Shown here piece by piece: positions 50,939 to 61,418 of a stretch of DNA of 64,000 bases. The stretch spans positions 78,220 to 142,219 of the forward strand of contig CAWAMW010000007.1 of NCBI GenBank assembly GCA_963783305.1, given 5' to 3'. A program made the position numbers and the translations under genes. The notes under the pieces are model-generated. The model was not told the DNA's origin. It saw only the letters and a list, made by a program, of their open reading frames with translations, and did not search any database. The stretch comes from an uncultured Gemmatimonadales bacterium (GTDB lineage: Bacteria > Gemmatimonadota > Gemmatimonadetes > Longimicrobiales > RSA9). The stretch's first letter is position 1. Every line of letters begins with the position of its first letter.

Positions 50939-51877
50939 GTGACCTACCCGATCCTCGTATCCGCAGAAGTCGACCAGTTCCTTCGCAACGTGTCCGTCCC
51001 CGACGACATCGAGGTCCACATCCTCCAGCCGGGCGAAGAAGTGCCGGGGGGGGAGTACGTGGGGATCCTGCCGGTGCTCACGCGGGCCATCGGTCCGGCG
51101 CAGCTCGACCGGCTGCCGGCGCTCAGGGTGGTGGCCAACATGGCGGTCGGCTACGACAACGTGGACGTCGCCGCGGCGCGCGAGCGGGGGGTCGAGGTGA
51201 CCAATACCCCCGACGTTCTGACCGGCGCCACGGCCGAGCTGACGTGGGCGCTTATCCTCGCCACCGCCCGCAGGGTGGGGGAGGGGGAGCGTCTCGTCCG
51301 GGCCGGCGAATGGGAGGGGTGGGAACCGACGCAGCTCCTCGGGATGGGGTTGGCAGGAAAGACGCTCGGCATCGCGGGTGCGGGGCGGATCGGCCGCGAA
51401 GTGGGGCGGCGAGCCGCTGTCTTCGGCATGGAGGTGGCCTATTGGGGCCGTACAGGCCGGCCCGAATGGGAGCGGGAGACCGGCGCCCGGCCCACCTCGG
51501 ACCTCGGGGAGCTCGCCGCCGTCGCCGACATCCTGTCCGTTCATCTCGCCTCCACTCCCCACACCCGCCGCATCATCGACGGCACCGTGCTGGATCGGAT
51601 GAAGGAGAACGCGATCCTGGTCAACACCTCCCGCGGCGATGTCGTCGATGAGGGGGCGCTGATCGAGCGACTGGAGTCAGGACGGCTGAGGGCGGGGCTG
51701 GACGTGTACGCGGCTGAGCCGAAGATCCCGGAGCGGCTGCGTCGGCTCCCGAACGTCGTGCTCCTGCCACACCTCGGCAGTGCCACGCGCGAGACCCGTC
51801 AGGAGATGTTCGACCTGGCCTGGCAGAACCTGCTGCGTTGTGTGCGCGGCGAGCCCCCGCTTACCCCGGTCGGCTGA
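50939..51877 (+). CDS. D-isomer-specific 2-hydroxyacid dehydrogenase (glyoxylate/hydroxypyruvate reductase-like)
   Basis: NAD-binding GIAGAGRIGREVG. Catalytic R/E/H region (NTSRGDVVDE...HLGSAT). GTG start lies inside the last repeat unit. Confidence 0.85.
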   Translation: MTYPILVSAEVDQFLRNVSVPDDIEVHILQPGEEVPGGEYVGILPVLTRAIGPAQLDRLPALRVVANMAVGYDNVDVAAARERGVEVTNTPDVLTGATAELTWALILATARRVGEGERLVRAGEWEGWEPTQLLGMGLAGKTLGIAGAGRIGREVGRRAAVFGMEVAYWGRTGRPEWERETGARPTSDLGELAAVADILSVHLASTPHTRRIIDGTVLDRMKENAILVNTSRGDVVDEGALIERLESGRLRAGLDVYAAEPKIPERLRRLPNVVLLPHLGSATRETRQEMFDLAWQNLLRCVRGEPPLTPVG

Positions 51878-51972
51878 CGAGTATTGGCTCGGTTCCACTC
51901 GCACGGAGCTTGCACTGTATCCGGGCGAGAACGAGAGAAACCGGACCCCTCGAACGAGTCCTGGAGGACAAG

Positions 51973-52179
51973 ATGATCAGCAAGCTCATGAACATGATGG
52001 CATACCGTAAGGCCCCGAAGGCGACCTACCTCCTGAAGCACCCCGTGAAGGGTGGAAAGGCGCTGCTGGCCGCAAAGGGCGGCAAGGCGCTGTTCACCGG
52101 CCGGACCGGCCTTCTGCTGGGCGCGCTGGCCGCGGTCCCGGTGGGCCTGTGGGCCGCCAGCCAGGTAGGGAACGGCTGA
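51973..52179 (+). CDS. Hypothetical small membrane protein (68 aa)
   Basis: ATG with CTGGAGGACAAG RBS. Lys-rich N-terminal half, then a hydrophobic Gly/Ala-rich helix. Followed by a strong hairpin terminator. Confidence 0.4.
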   Translation: MISKLMNMMAYRKAPKATYLLKHPVKGGKALLAAKGGKALFTGRTGLLLGALAAVPVGLWAASQVGNG

Positions 52180-52210
52180 TCCCCGGCTGGACCTGAACGA
52201 TCCTGAAGCG

Positions 52211-52242
52211 GAAGAGCCGGCGCCCGAGGGCGCCGGCTCTTC
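52211..52242. terminator. Bidirectional hairpin terminator (GAAGAGCCGGCGCCC-gag-GGCGCCGGCTCTTC)
   Basis: Perfect 14-bp stem between the convergent small ORF and SusD genes, with a T-rich tract (TTCTCTCATT) on the plus strand. Confidence 0.55.
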
Positions 52243-52287
52243 TCTCATTCAGGCGTTCGCGGCATGACGCCGCGAGCCCCGCTCAGC

Positions 52288-53583
52288 CTAATTGCAGAGG
52301 CTGTCGGGTGTGTTTGTGTTCCGATCACACTCGGCGACCGGGATCGGCATGAACGTGTACTTCACCGGCTCGTTGAATCGCCGCAGGTCCGCGAAGCGAA
52401 CGGCCTGGAGGTAGAGCTCGTAGCCGCGCTCCTCGAGGATGGCGTCGAGCATGGCCCCCGGCGTGGGGACGTCCGTTGTCGTGAGGGCGGGGAGACAGGC
52501 GACCGGCTCGGGCAGCGGGGAATCGCACTGGGTCCGAACCTCGTTCACCAGCGCGAGGGCCTGGGGGAGGTTCAGGTTGCCGTCACGGGCGTAGACCTCG
52601 GCCTGGATCAGCTTCATCTCGTCGGGAAGATAGACCGGGTACGAGTCGGACCGCTGCATGTAGCGGAGCACGTCATCGAGGGCCAGCTCACCGGCGCTCG
52701 GGCTCGTGATCTCCGCTTCCGCCACCCAGTAGGCCCAGCGCTGGTCCTCGGGGTCCGCATCGGCCCAGAAGGCCTCTTCCGCGCGCAGCGCGTAGGCGTT
52801 GCCCGACGCGTACCACATGTTCCAGAGCGGGTTGGCATCGAGCCCCTCGAAGCGGAACTCCGAAAAGACGGTCTGGTCCACCCGCTGGGCGGCCGTCAGG
52901 GCGTCATCATAGCGCTCGGCCATGAGCGAGAAGCGCGCGATCATGGCGTCGATGCTGTTCTCAAGGTCGAAGCCGTTGGCCACCACCTGGCTGTAGAACT
53001 CGGTCGGAGCCGGCGTATCCTGGAGGTGCTGTCGCGCCTCGTTCAACAGGTCCAGTGCCTCGTCGATGAGCGCCTCCCGGGACACGAACTCCGGATTGGA
53101 CAGGTTAGGCCCGACCATGATCGGCGCCCGCTCGTATATCTGGTAGAGCTGTCCGAAAGCGAGACCCTTGTAGAACTTGCCCAGCGCCGTCAGCCCGCTG
53201 GTGTAGCCGGCCGGCAGCCCCACATCGTCCGCGGCGTCGATCACCACGTTGGCGACGCGGATCACGTCATACATCCCGAACCACGTGCCCGTGGAGGGCC
53301 CTTCCGTGCCGTCGATCTCGCGGCCCAGGTCCGCGTCCTGATAGCTCTCGAACGTCTCGGGGATCGCGCCGATCTCGTCCGTGATGAGCCCGACGGTGTA
53401 GACCGGGTCCACCAGGTTGTTGCTGTACACCGCCTGCAGCCCGATGGCGACCTGCCGGAGCCCATCGGCGGTGGTGACCGCCAGCTCCTCGCTCGGGTTG
53501 TTCGGGTCCGTGAGGTCCATGTCGCAGGCCCCGAGCGCGAGCGCGCCGAGCAGCGGCAGGGTCCAGATCGTCATTCTCTTCAT
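52288..53583 (-). CDS. RagB/SusD family nutrient-uptake outer membrane lipoprotein
   Basis: Start MKRMTIWTLPLLGALALGAC (lipobox) with AGGAG RBS. TPR-like SusD fold region, recognised by family-level similarity. Directly downstream of the SusC gene. Confidence 0.85.
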   Translation of the reverse strand: MKRMTIWTLPLLGALALGACDMDLTDPNNPSEELAVTTADGLRQVAIGLQAVYSNNLVDPVYTVGLITDEIGAIPETFESYQDADLGREIDGTEGPSTGTWFGMYDVIRVANVVIDAADDVGLPAGYTSGLTALGKFYKGLAFGQLYQIYERAPIMVGPNLSNPEFVSREALIDEALDLLNEARQHLQDTPAPTEFYSQVVANGFDLENSIDAMIARFSLMAERYDDALTAAQRVDQTVFSEFRFEGLDANPLWNMWYASGNAYALRAEEAFWADADPEDQRWAYWVAEAEITSPSAGELALDDVLRYMQRSDSYPVYLPDEMKLIQAEVYARDGNLNLPQALALVNEVRTQCDSPLPEPVACLPALTTTDVPTPGAMLDAILEERGYELYLQAVRFADLRRFNEPVKYTFMPIPVAECDRNTNTPDSLCN

Positions 53584-53614
53584 GCCCTTAGCTCCTGTCG
53601 TAGTCATCGGTCGC

Positions 53615-56533
53615 TCAGTAGTCCAGTCGGATTCCGACCGACAGCTCGCGCGAATTCGGGAAGGCCGCGAAGTCGGTACCGCGCTCCACGGTGCTGAGTC
53701 CGAACATGTTGATCTCGGGGTCGTAGCCGCTGTAGTCGGTCCAGGTGATCAGGTTGCGGCCCATGACCTCGAGCTGCATGCCGCCCGCGCCGATCCGGTC
53801 GGAGAGGCTCGCCGGGACCTTCCAGCGGAGGGAGGCCTCGCGCAGCTTCACGAAGCTCGCGTCTTCCAGGTACGACTCCCAGATCGAGATATCACGCGAC
53901 AGAGCCGCCGCGGTCATGTCGCCCCGCAGCACGGCGTCGTACTTGGCGCCGGCGTCGAAGATGTCCATGATCCGCTGGCTCTGGTTCCACAGCTCGTGGC
54001 CGAACTGACCGTCGAACAGGAGCCCGAAGGTGATGGCGTCGCCGATCTCGAAGTCGTTGCGCAGCGATGCGGCGAAGTCGGGCCACGGGTTCCCGACGAA
54101 CTGGCGATCGCCCTGCACCGGCAGGTTGTCGCCATCGTAGACGATGTTGCCCTGCTCATCGCGCTCGTACCCGATCATGTAGTGGACACCGAGGGGCTGA
54201 CCTTCCTCCACCCGGTTCGTGTACCCCACGTTGAACGGGTCGCCTTCAAGCTTCTCCACCACGTTCTCGTTCTTGGAGAAGATGAGAGCCGACGACCAGC
54301 GGAATCCAGACCGCTCCATGTTGACCGTGTTGAGCTCGGCCTCAATGCCCCAGTTGCTCAGGGCGCCCACGTTGTCGAGGATCGAGCCCACGCCCGAGCT
54401 CGGCGCGAAAACCCGCGAGAGCAGCAGGTCGTCGGTGTACTGGTCGTAGTACGTGAGGCTCAGGCCGAGCCGGTCGTGGAGCGCGCCCAGGTCCAGGCCG
54501 AACTCGTACTCCCGCTGCCGCTCCGGCCGCAGCTCCGGGTTGCCCGCCCGCGAGAGCGGCACCAGGCCGAGCCGAGCGTTGTTGATGGCCGTGCCGTAGC
54601 GTGAGGACCGCGCGTACGCGTCACCCAGCGACGGCTGGTTACCCGCGTAGCCTAGGGCGCCACGGATGCGGAACTCGCTGAACAGGTCGCCCAGCGGCGA
54701 GTCCTGGAAGTACGTCTCCTCGGAGACCACATAGCTGGCGCCCACCTTCGGGTAGAGCTGCCAGCGCTCGTCCGGACCGAACGTGGAGGACGCGTCCCAG
54801 CGGAGCGCGCCCGTCAGGTACAGGGCGTTGCGCCAGTCGATCTGCTGCTGGGCGAAGTAGCCCAGCGTCACCAGCTCGGTCTGCGACTGCGACGCCGCCT
54901 GGACGGCGCCGCGGACGAACCGGGTCAGCGGCGTGATGTCCGTGGCCGACGCGTTCAGCTGGTCCACCACCTGGTACGTGTGGTTCATCCCCGCCGAGGT
55001 GGTCATCTGGAGCGAGCTCGCCGGGTGCCAGACGTAGTTCCCGACCAGGTCGTTGTTGATGAGCATATTGTCGCGGTTCGCCGAGACGGCGCGGCCGGTG
55101 GGCGCGGCCGTGGAGCCGCGGGGAATGGACTGCCGGGTCTCCATGGAGTAGGTGTCGTAGCCCAGCCGGTACTCCATGGTCAGATCCATCAGCGGGTTGC
55201 TGCGCGCCTGGAACGATCCGACGAACCGGTCCACCGTCTGGGGCAGCCGCCAGTCACGCGTGACCACCAGCGGGTTCGGGAATACGGTGCTCTGCACCAC
55301 GTAGTCGCCGGTCTCCGGGTTGACCGCACCCAGGTCGACCGTGGTGGGTGTGAACATGATCGCCGTCAGCAGGCCGCCCTCGCCCTGCTCACCGTTGATG
55401 ATCAGGTCCGTGTTGCTCTGGATGTAGTTGGCGCCCACCGAGAGGCTCAGCCAGCGGCCAAAGCTCTGGTCCAGGTTGAGCCGCGCGTTCAGCTTGTTGT
55501 GCGCGGACCCGATCAGAATCCCTTCCTGGTCCGTGTACGACGTCGAGATGTAGTAGCGCGTGTCGCCGGCCCCACCGGAGACCGAGACGTTCATGTCCTG
55601 GCCCCAGCCGTCGCGGAAGATCAGGTCCTGGTGGTCGAACCGCTTCACCGTGTTGCCGGCCTCGTCCACCGGCGTCATGGCGAACTGCGTGCGGTGCTCC
55701 AGGTCGCTGCGCGTGGCCCGGATCGCCGCCTGCACCCGCGTATCACCCGCCTGACCGCGCTTCGTGAAGATCTGGACCACGCCGTTGTTGGCGCGCGAGC
55801 CATACAGCGCCGCGGCGGCCGCACCCTTCAGCACCTCGACCCGCGCGATGTCGTTCGGCGACAGGTCGGCCAGACGGTTGATCGGGTTCGACCGGTTCCC
55901 GACGTTGATCTGCTGAGAAGCGTTGTTGTCGATGATCACGCCATCCACGATGTAGAGCGGCTCCGCTCCGCCCGTGATCGAGCTCGTGCCCCGCAGCCGG
56001 ACGGAGATCCCGCCGCCGGGCATCCCGGAATTCGACGTGATCACGGCGCCCGCGATCTTACCCTGGAGCGCCTGGTCGATGGACGTGGCCGGCGAGGTCT
56101 CGATCTGGTCGGCCTGAACCGTCGACACCGAGTTGCCCATAGCGCGGCGGGTTGTGGGCCCGGCCGTTCCGGTGACCACGATCTCCTCGAGCTCGAGCGC
56201 CGACTCCTCCATGCGCACCTCGGGGACCATGACCGTGGCATCGCCGCCCAGCACCACCGTCTCGGCCGCGCTGCGGCGGCCGATGTAGGAGAACGCCAGG
56301 TCGTAGTTCCCCGGCTCCAGGTTGGCCCGGATCATGTACCGGCCATTGGAGTCCGTTATGGCCCCGAGGCTGGTTCCGCGGATCGCCACCTGCGCTCCGG
56401 CCAGACCCTCACCGGTAGCGTCGGCCACCACCGTGCCCTGGATCGTGTACGGGGTCTGTGCGCTGAGAGGCGCCGCTCCCGCTCCGACCAGCAGCGCCAT
56501 CAACAGCGAGAACCGTCGAAAACGACTAGTCAT
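53615..56533 (-). CDS. SusC/RagA family TonB-dependent outer membrane receptor
   Basis: Signal peptide (MTSRFRRFSLLMALLVGAGAAPLSAQ). N-terminal carboxypeptidase-regulatory-like domain (TIQGTVVADATGEGLAGAQVAIRGTSLG). TonB plug and 22-strand barrel. C-terminal aromatic residue (...IRLDY). Confidence 0.85.
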   Translation of the reverse strand: MTSRFRRFSLLMALLVGAGAAPLSAQTPYTIQGTVVADATGEGLAGAQVAIRGTSLGAITDSNGRYMIRANLEPGNYDLAFSYIGRRSAAETVVLGGDATVMVPEVRMEESALELEEIVVTGTAGPTTRRAMGNSVSTVQADQIETSPATSIDQALQGKIAGAVITSNSGMPGGGISVRLRGTSSITGGAEPLYIVDGVIIDNNASQQINVGNRSNPINRLADLSPNDIARVEVLKGAAAAALYGSRANNGVVQIFTKRGQAGDTRVQAAIRATRSDLEHRTQFAMTPVDEAGNTVKRFDHQDLIFRDGWGQDMNVSVSGGAGDTRYYISTSYTDQEGILIGSAHNKLNARLNLDQSFGRWLSLSVGANYIQSNTDLIINGEQGEGGLLTAIMFTPTTVDLGAVNPETGDYVVQSTVFPNPLVVTRDWRLPQTVDRFVGSFQARSNPLMDLTMEYRLGYDTYSMETRQSIPRGSTAAPTGRAVSANRDNMLINNDLVGNYVWHPASSLQMTTSAGMNHTYQVVDQLNASATDITPLTRFVRGAVQAASQSQTELVTLGYFAQQQIDWRNALYLTGALRWDASSTFGPDERWQLYPKVGASYVVSEETYFQDSPLGDLFSEFRIRGALGYAGNQPSLGDAYARSSRYGTAINNARLGLVPLSRAGNPELRPERQREYEFGLDLGALHDRLGLSLTYYDQYTDDLLLSRVFAPSSGVGSILDNVGALSNWGIEAELNTVNMERSGFRWSSALIFSKNENVVEKLEGDPFNVGYTNRVEEGQPLGVHYMIGYERDEQGNIVYDGDNLPVQGDRQFVGNPWPDFAASLRNDFEIGDAITFGLLFDGQFGHELWNQSQRIMDIFDAGAKYDAVLRGDMTAAALSRDISIWESYLEDASFVKLREASLRWKVPASLSDRIGAGGMQLEVMGRNLITWTDYSGYDPEINMFGLSTVERGTDFAAFPNSRELSVGIRLDY

Positions 56534-56745
56534 ACCTGCAACTCCTGCGGATTGGGTCATCATGGGGTTGGAAGCCCGGATAGCCGAACGGTATTCTCCG
56601 AACGGCCGGAACACAATGTCAGATGTGTGAACGACCGGGATCGTTGTCACGATCCGTCCGTAGTCGGAACCGTGAACGAGGTGTGCGGCGTCTTCCCGGA
56701 AGCTGTTTCGGCCGGAGGAAATCGGCCGCCGGGCGTTTTCGCCCG

Positions 56746-58392
56746 TTACGTGGGACCGGCGTCGGGCGCGTCGCCAACCGGTTTCCCGAAGAACCGGAGC
56801 ACGCCGTACAGGATCACGACCCCGGCCAGGAGGGAGATGCCCGGGTTCAATCCATATGCGGTGGGGATGTCACCGACGAGCATGGCCACCAATGCCACCG
56901 TGATGGCGTACGGCAGCTGGGTGCGCACGTGGTCCACGTGGTCGCAGGCGGAGGCCATGGAGCTGAGGACCGTGGTGTCGGAGATAGGGGAGCAGTGATC
57001 GCCGAAGATGGATCCGGCCATGATGGAGCTCACCACCCCGAGGAGCACGGAGTAGTGTGTGCCCTCATCGAACCCGATGCCGGCGCCCATGGCGACGGCG
57101 AGGGGAATGACCACGGGGAATAGGATGGACATGGTCCCCCAGCTGGTGCCGGTGGCGAAGGAGATGATCGCCGCGGTGAGGAAGACGAGGACGGGGAGCA
57201 GGTGGATGGGCAGCGCGTCGCTCAGGAGGGAAGAGAGGTATTCGCCGGTTCCGAGGGCTTCGGTCGCCCCGCCCAGACCCCAGGCCAGGACGAGGATGAT
57301 CATGGCGAGCATCATCGCCTGCATGCCGCCCACCCACGCTTCGACGGTCTGCTGAAGGGTGAGGATCCGCTGCACCGCGACCATCACGATGGCCGTCAGG
57401 GAGCCGATGAACGACGCCCAGATGAGCGCCTTGAACGGATCGGCCGCGCCGGCGATGTCCCGCAGCGATGCGCCGGCGCCGGCCGCGATCCGACCGGTGA
57501 TGTAGATCCCGGTGAGCGCCACCAGGATGGTGATGAGGACCGGCACGGCGGCGTTGTACCAGCGGTGGGGCTTGTCGGCCGGCGCCTCCATGAGGCCGCT
57601 GCCGGTGTCCGCGGCCAGCTGGGCGCCGGGCCGGTGCAGCCCCCCGCCCGTCACCGCCCGCTCCTCGGCCCCGAGCATGGGGCCGAACTCCCGCCGCATC
57701 AGGACGGTCATGAGCACGAAGAGGAGCGCCAGGATCGGGTAGAACAGGTACGGGATCGAGTGGAGGAAGATATTGAACGGGTTCTGCGCCGCGGCGATCA
57801 GGCTGGCGGACTCGCCGGGATCGCTGACGTTGCCGGCGGCGGCGGTGAGGGAGTCGCCGATCAGGGTGATCTCGAATCCGACCCACGTGGAGATCAGGGC
57901 GATGGCCGCCATGGGCGCAGCGGTGGAATCGACGATATAGGCGAGCTTCTCCCGCGACACCTTCAGCCGATCCGTGATGGGCCGCATGGTGTTTCCAACG
58001 ATCAGGGTGTTGGCGTAGTCGTCGAAGAAAATGGCGATGCCCGACAACCAGGTGAAGAACTGGCCGCGGCGCCGGCTGGTGGCGAGCGGTCGCATCGCCT
58101 CGACCATGCCGAGCGTCCCGCCGCTCCGGGACATGACGCCCACCATCCCGCCCAGGAGCAGGCTGAACATGACGATGGCGATGTGGTCTGCGTTCCCGGA
58201 GAGGGCCTGGAGGGCGAAGCGGTCCACGCTCATGAGGGTGGCCGTGAGCGGATTCCAGTCGGCCAGGAAGAGGGCGCCGAGCCAGATCCCTGCGAAGAGG
58301 GAGACAACGACTTCCCGCGTGATCAGCGCCAGGAGGATGGCGGCGATGGGGGGCAGGAGGCTGAGCCAGCCCGGGTCGACGACGGCGTCCAT
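56746..58392 (-). CDS. Na+/H+ antiporter NhaC family protein
   Basis: 548 aa, 11 or more TM. Family-level similarity to NhaC throughout (e.g. FFDDYANTLIVGNTMRP). Confidence 0.85.
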   Translation of the reverse strand: MDAVVDPGWLSLLPPIAAILLALITREVVVSLFAGIWLGALFLADWNPLTATLMSVDRFALQALSGNADHIAIVMFSLLLGGMVGVMSRSGGTLGMVEAMRPLATSRRRGQFFTWLSGIAIFFDDYANTLIVGNTMRPITDRLKVSREKLAYIVDSTAAPMAAIALISTWVGFEITLIGDSLTAAAGNVSDPGESASLIAAAQNPFNIFLHSIPYLFYPILALLFVLMTVLMRREFGPMLGAEERAVTGGGLHRPGAQLAADTGSGLMEAPADKPHRWYNAAVPVLITILVALTGIYITGRIAAGAGASLRDIAGAADPFKALIWASFIGSLTAIVMVAVQRILTLQQTVEAWVGGMQAMMLAMIILVLAWGLGGATEALGTGEYLSSLLSDALPIHLLPVLVFLTAAIISFATGTSWGTMSILFPVVIPLAVAMGAGIGFDEGTHYSVLLGVVSSIMAGSIFGDHCSPISDTTVLSSMASACDHVDHVRTQLPYAITVALVAMLVGDIPTAYGLNPGISLLAGVVILYGVLRFFGKPVGDAPDAGPT

Positions 58393-58571
58393 GGTATCCA
58401 GGGTTGCAGGTCGGAGGTCGGTGGAACCGGTCCCAACAATACGGGGGGCCGATGGCCGACCGCAAATGGGACCGGAACAGCAATGGACGAGGCCCTTTCC
58501 GACGTTGACGTTGGGAAGGGTCTCCCGTAGCTTCCGGGGACTTCGTACCTACTCCCACGGGCGACCTCTGA

Positions 58572-59123
58572 ATGGCCTCGCAACGACAGCAGATCATGGA
58601 CGAGCGCGCCGTCGAGCGCGCCCTCGCGCGCATGGCCCGCGAGATCACGGAGCGGAGCGCCGGCACGGATTCGCTCTCCCTCATCGGCATCCACCGCCGG
58701 GGCGTGCAGCTGGCGGAGCGGATCGCGGATGAAATCCAGAAGGCGGAGGAGACGCGGCCTCCGGTCGGCTCCCTCGACATCACGCTCTACCGGGACGACC
58801 TGAAGGCCGTGGGACCCCGGCCGGTGGTGGGCGAGACGCGGCTGCCCGAAGGCGGGATCGACGACCGGGTGATCGTCATCATCGACGACGTCTCGTACAC
58901 CGGCCGAACCGCGCGCGCGGCCATGGATGAGCTGGCGGACTTCGGTCGGCCGCGCCGAATCCTCCTCTGCGTGCTCGTGGACCGGGGCGGTCGTGAGCTG
59001 CCGATCCAGCCCGACATCGTGGGGCGCCACCTGTCCGTGCCGGACGGAACCCGCGTCGAGGTGCTGGTGCCGGAGCTGGATGAGCGCCTGGGCGTGGAGT
59101 TCGGACCCATGGGAGAGGGGTGA
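58572..59123 (+). CDS. pyrR: Bifunctional pyrimidine operon regulatory protein / uracil phosphoribosyltransferase PyrR
   Basis: PRTase motif [14 protein letters not shown] plus PyrR-specific N-terminus. Stop overlaps the pyrB start. Confidence 0.9.
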   Translation: MASQRQQIMDERAVERALARMAREITERSAGTDSLSLIGIHRRGVQLAERIADEIQKAEETRPPVGSLDITLYRDDLKAVGPRPVVGETRLPEGGIDDRVIVIIDDVSYTGRTARAAMDELADFGRPRRILLCVLVDRGGRELPIQPDIVGRHLSVPDGTRVEVLVPELDERLGVEFGPMGEG

Positions 59124-60094
59124 TGCCGGCCGCCACCGACCTCGGCAAGGACCTGGTGGGGCTGGAATCGCTGTCCGCGGAGCAGATCCGGGCGATCCTG
59201 GATACTGCCGAGCCGTTCAAGGAGATCAGCGAGCGGCAGATCAAGAAGGTGCCGGTGCTCCGCGGTCAGACGATCGTCAATCTCTTCTTCGAGCCATCGA
59301 CCCGGACGCGCGTCAGCTTCGAGTTCGCCGAGAAGCGGCTGAGCGCCGACACCGTGAACATCTCCAGCAGCGGCTCCAGTGTGGTGAAGGGCGAGACGCT
59401 GGTGGACACGGCCCGGAACCTCGAGGCCATGCGCATCGACATGGTGGTCATGCGACACGGCTCTTCGGGGGCCGCGCAGTTCCTCGCCGACCGCATCCCG
59501 TCGAACGTCATCAACGCCGGGGATGGCCGGCACGAGCACCCCACGCAGGCCCTCCTGGACATGCTGACCATCCGCGACCACCGCGGCCGGATCGAGGGGA
59601 TGAAGGTGTGCATCGTCGGCGACATCCGGCACTCGCGCGTGGCGCGCTCGAACATCTTCGGGCTCCGCACGCTGGGCGCCGAGGTGGCCGTGTGCGGGCC
59701 GCGTACGCTGATCCCCGCCCGGATCGAGGAGCTGGGGGTGACGGTCTTCCACCGGATCGAAGAGGCCGTGGAGTGGGCGGACGTGCTCAACATTCTGCGC
59801 CTCCAGCTCGAGCGCATGCAGGCGGGCTACGTCCCCAGCCTGCGCGAGTACAACCGCATCTTCGGCGTCACGCGGGAACGGGTGGAGGCGGCGCCTCGCG
59901 ATCTGCTGATCCTGCACCCCGGGCCCATGAACCGCGGCGTGGAGATCGACAGCGACGTGGCGGACGGTCCGCAGTCGGTGATTCTGAACCAGGTCACCAA
60001 CGGCGTCGCTATCCGGATGGCGGTGCTCTACCTGCTGGCGGGCGGTGCACCGGAAAAGGCCGAAGCGGCGAAGGGGGCGGGTGAGAATGGCTGA
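59120..60094 (+). CDS. pyrB: Aspartate carbamoyltransferase catalytic subunit
   Basis: STRTR carbamoyl-phosphate motif, HPTQ, and HPGP motifs. Confidence 0.9.
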   Translation: MMPAATDLGKDLVGLESLSAEQIRAILDTAEPFKEISERQIKKVPVLRGQTIVNLFFEPSTRTRVSFEFAEKRLSADTVNISSSGSSVVKGETLVDTARNLEAMRIDMVVMRHGSSGAAQFLADRIPSNVINAGDGRHEHPTQALLDMLTIRDHRGRIEGMKVCIVGDIRHSRVARSNIFGLRTLGAEVAVCGPRTLIPARIEELGVTVFHRIEEAVEWADVLNILRLQLERMQAGYVPSLREYNRIFGVTRERVEAAPRDLLILHPGPMNRGVEIDSDVADGPQSVILNQVTNGVAIRMAVLYLLAGGAPEKAEAAKGAGENG

Positions 60095-61418
60095 GCGACA
60101 GGTACTGCTGAAGGGCGGCCGGGTGATCGATCCGGCCTCGGGAATCGATGACACGATGGACGTGCTGCTGGCGGACGGTCAGGTCGCTCGTGTGGGGAAG
60201 GGAATTGCCGCGGCGGAGCACGCGGACGTACGGGATGTGACCGGGCTGGTGGTGGCGCCGGGTCTGGTAGACGTCCACGTGCACCTGCGGGAGCCGGGCG
60301 GCGAGCACAAGGAAACGATCGCCACGGGCGCATGGTCGGCCGTGGTGGGGGGCTTCACCTCCGTCTGCGCCATGCCGAACACCGACCCTGCCATCGACGA
60401 CCCGGCGGCGGTCGGCTACGTCCTGGCGCAGGGGAAGCGGGCCGGCGCCGCGCGCGTCTACCCGCTGGGCGCCGTGTCCATCGGGCAGAAGGGTGAGCGG
60501 ATCGCCCTGGTGGGCGAAATGGTGGAGGCGGGCGCAGTCGGTATCACCGATGACGGCCACCCCGTGACCGACAGCGGTCTCATGCGCCTCGCCCTCGAGT
60601 ACGCGGGGACGTTCGGGATCCCCGTGGCGAACCACTGCGAGGACCTCACGCTGTCGCGCGGCGGGTCCATGAACGAGGGTCTCGTCTCCACTCGGCTCGG
60701 CATCACGGGTATCCCCGGCGCTGCCGAGACGGTCATGATCGGGCGCGACCTGCTCCTGGCAGAGATGACGGGGGGCCGGCTGCACCTCCAGCACGTTTCC
60801 ACCCGCGAGGGCGTGGCGCTGATCCGTGCGGCCAAGGAGCGGGGTGTCCGCGTCACTGCGGAGGCTACACCGCACCACTTCACGCTGACCAATGAAGCCG
60901 TGGTGGGCTACCGCACGGAGGCCAAGGTCAATCCGCCCCTTCGAGAGGAGGCGGATCGGCAGGCGGTACGGGAGGGGGTCCGCGATGGCACGCTCGACTG
61001 CATCGCCACCGACCACGCACCGCACCATTATGACGAAAAGGAGCAGGCCTTCGAGGATGCTCCCTTCGGGCTCGTGGGGCTCGAGACGGCGCTCGGGCTG
61101 GGCGTCACCGAGCTGGTCGATGGCGGTGTGCTGTCGCTGCCCGAGCTCATCGAGCGGATGAGCCTGGCCCCCGCGCGGGCGTTCGACCTCCCCGCGGGCT
61201 CCCTGGCGGAAGGAAGCCCGGGCGACGTGACGGTATTCGACCCGGAGGAGGAGTGGACCGTGGACGCCGGGCGGTTCGCGTCCAAGAGCCGGAACACTCC
61301 CTTCCACGGCCGCACCCTGAACGGCCGCGTGCGGCTTACGATGGTGGGCGGCCGCGTGATCTGGACGGCGGAGCAGGGTGTTGAATTCGCGCGGCAGCAG
61401 GCGAGGCGGCATGGCTGA
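60087..61418 (+). CDS. pyrC: Dihydroorotase (type I, multifunctional-complex type)
   Basis: Metal ligands [10 protein letters not shown] ... DHAPH. Start overlaps the pyrB stop (ATGGCTGA). Confidence 0.9.
   Translation: MAERQVLLKGGRVIDPASGIDDTMDVLLADGQVARVGKGIAAAEHADVRDVTGLVVAPGLVDVHVHLREPGGEHKETIATGAWSAVVGGFTSVCAMPNTDPAIDDPAAVGYVLAQGKRAGAARVYPLGAVSIGQKGERIALVGEMVEAGAVGITDDGHPVTDSGLMRLALEYAGTFGIPVANHCEDLTLSRGGSMNEGLVSTRLGITGIPGAAETVMIGRDLLLAEMTGGRLHLQHVSTREGVALIRAAKERGVRVTAEATPHHFTLTNEAVVGYRTEAKVNPPLREEADRQAVREGVRDGTLDCIATDHAPHHYDEKEQAFEDAPFGLVGLETALGLGVTELVDGGVLSLPELIERMSLAPARAFDLPAGSLAEGSPGDVTVFDPEEEWTVDAGRFASKSRNTPFHGRTLNGRVRLTMVGGRVIWTAEQGVEFARQQARRHG

Noticed and set aside
58500-58545. 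Confident PyrR RNA-binding loop annotation in the pyrR leader
   Set aside because: A hairpin exists (TCCCG-tagcttc-CGGGA), but the conserved loop nucleotides of the PyrR binding motif are not clearly present. It is left as a low-confidence note.
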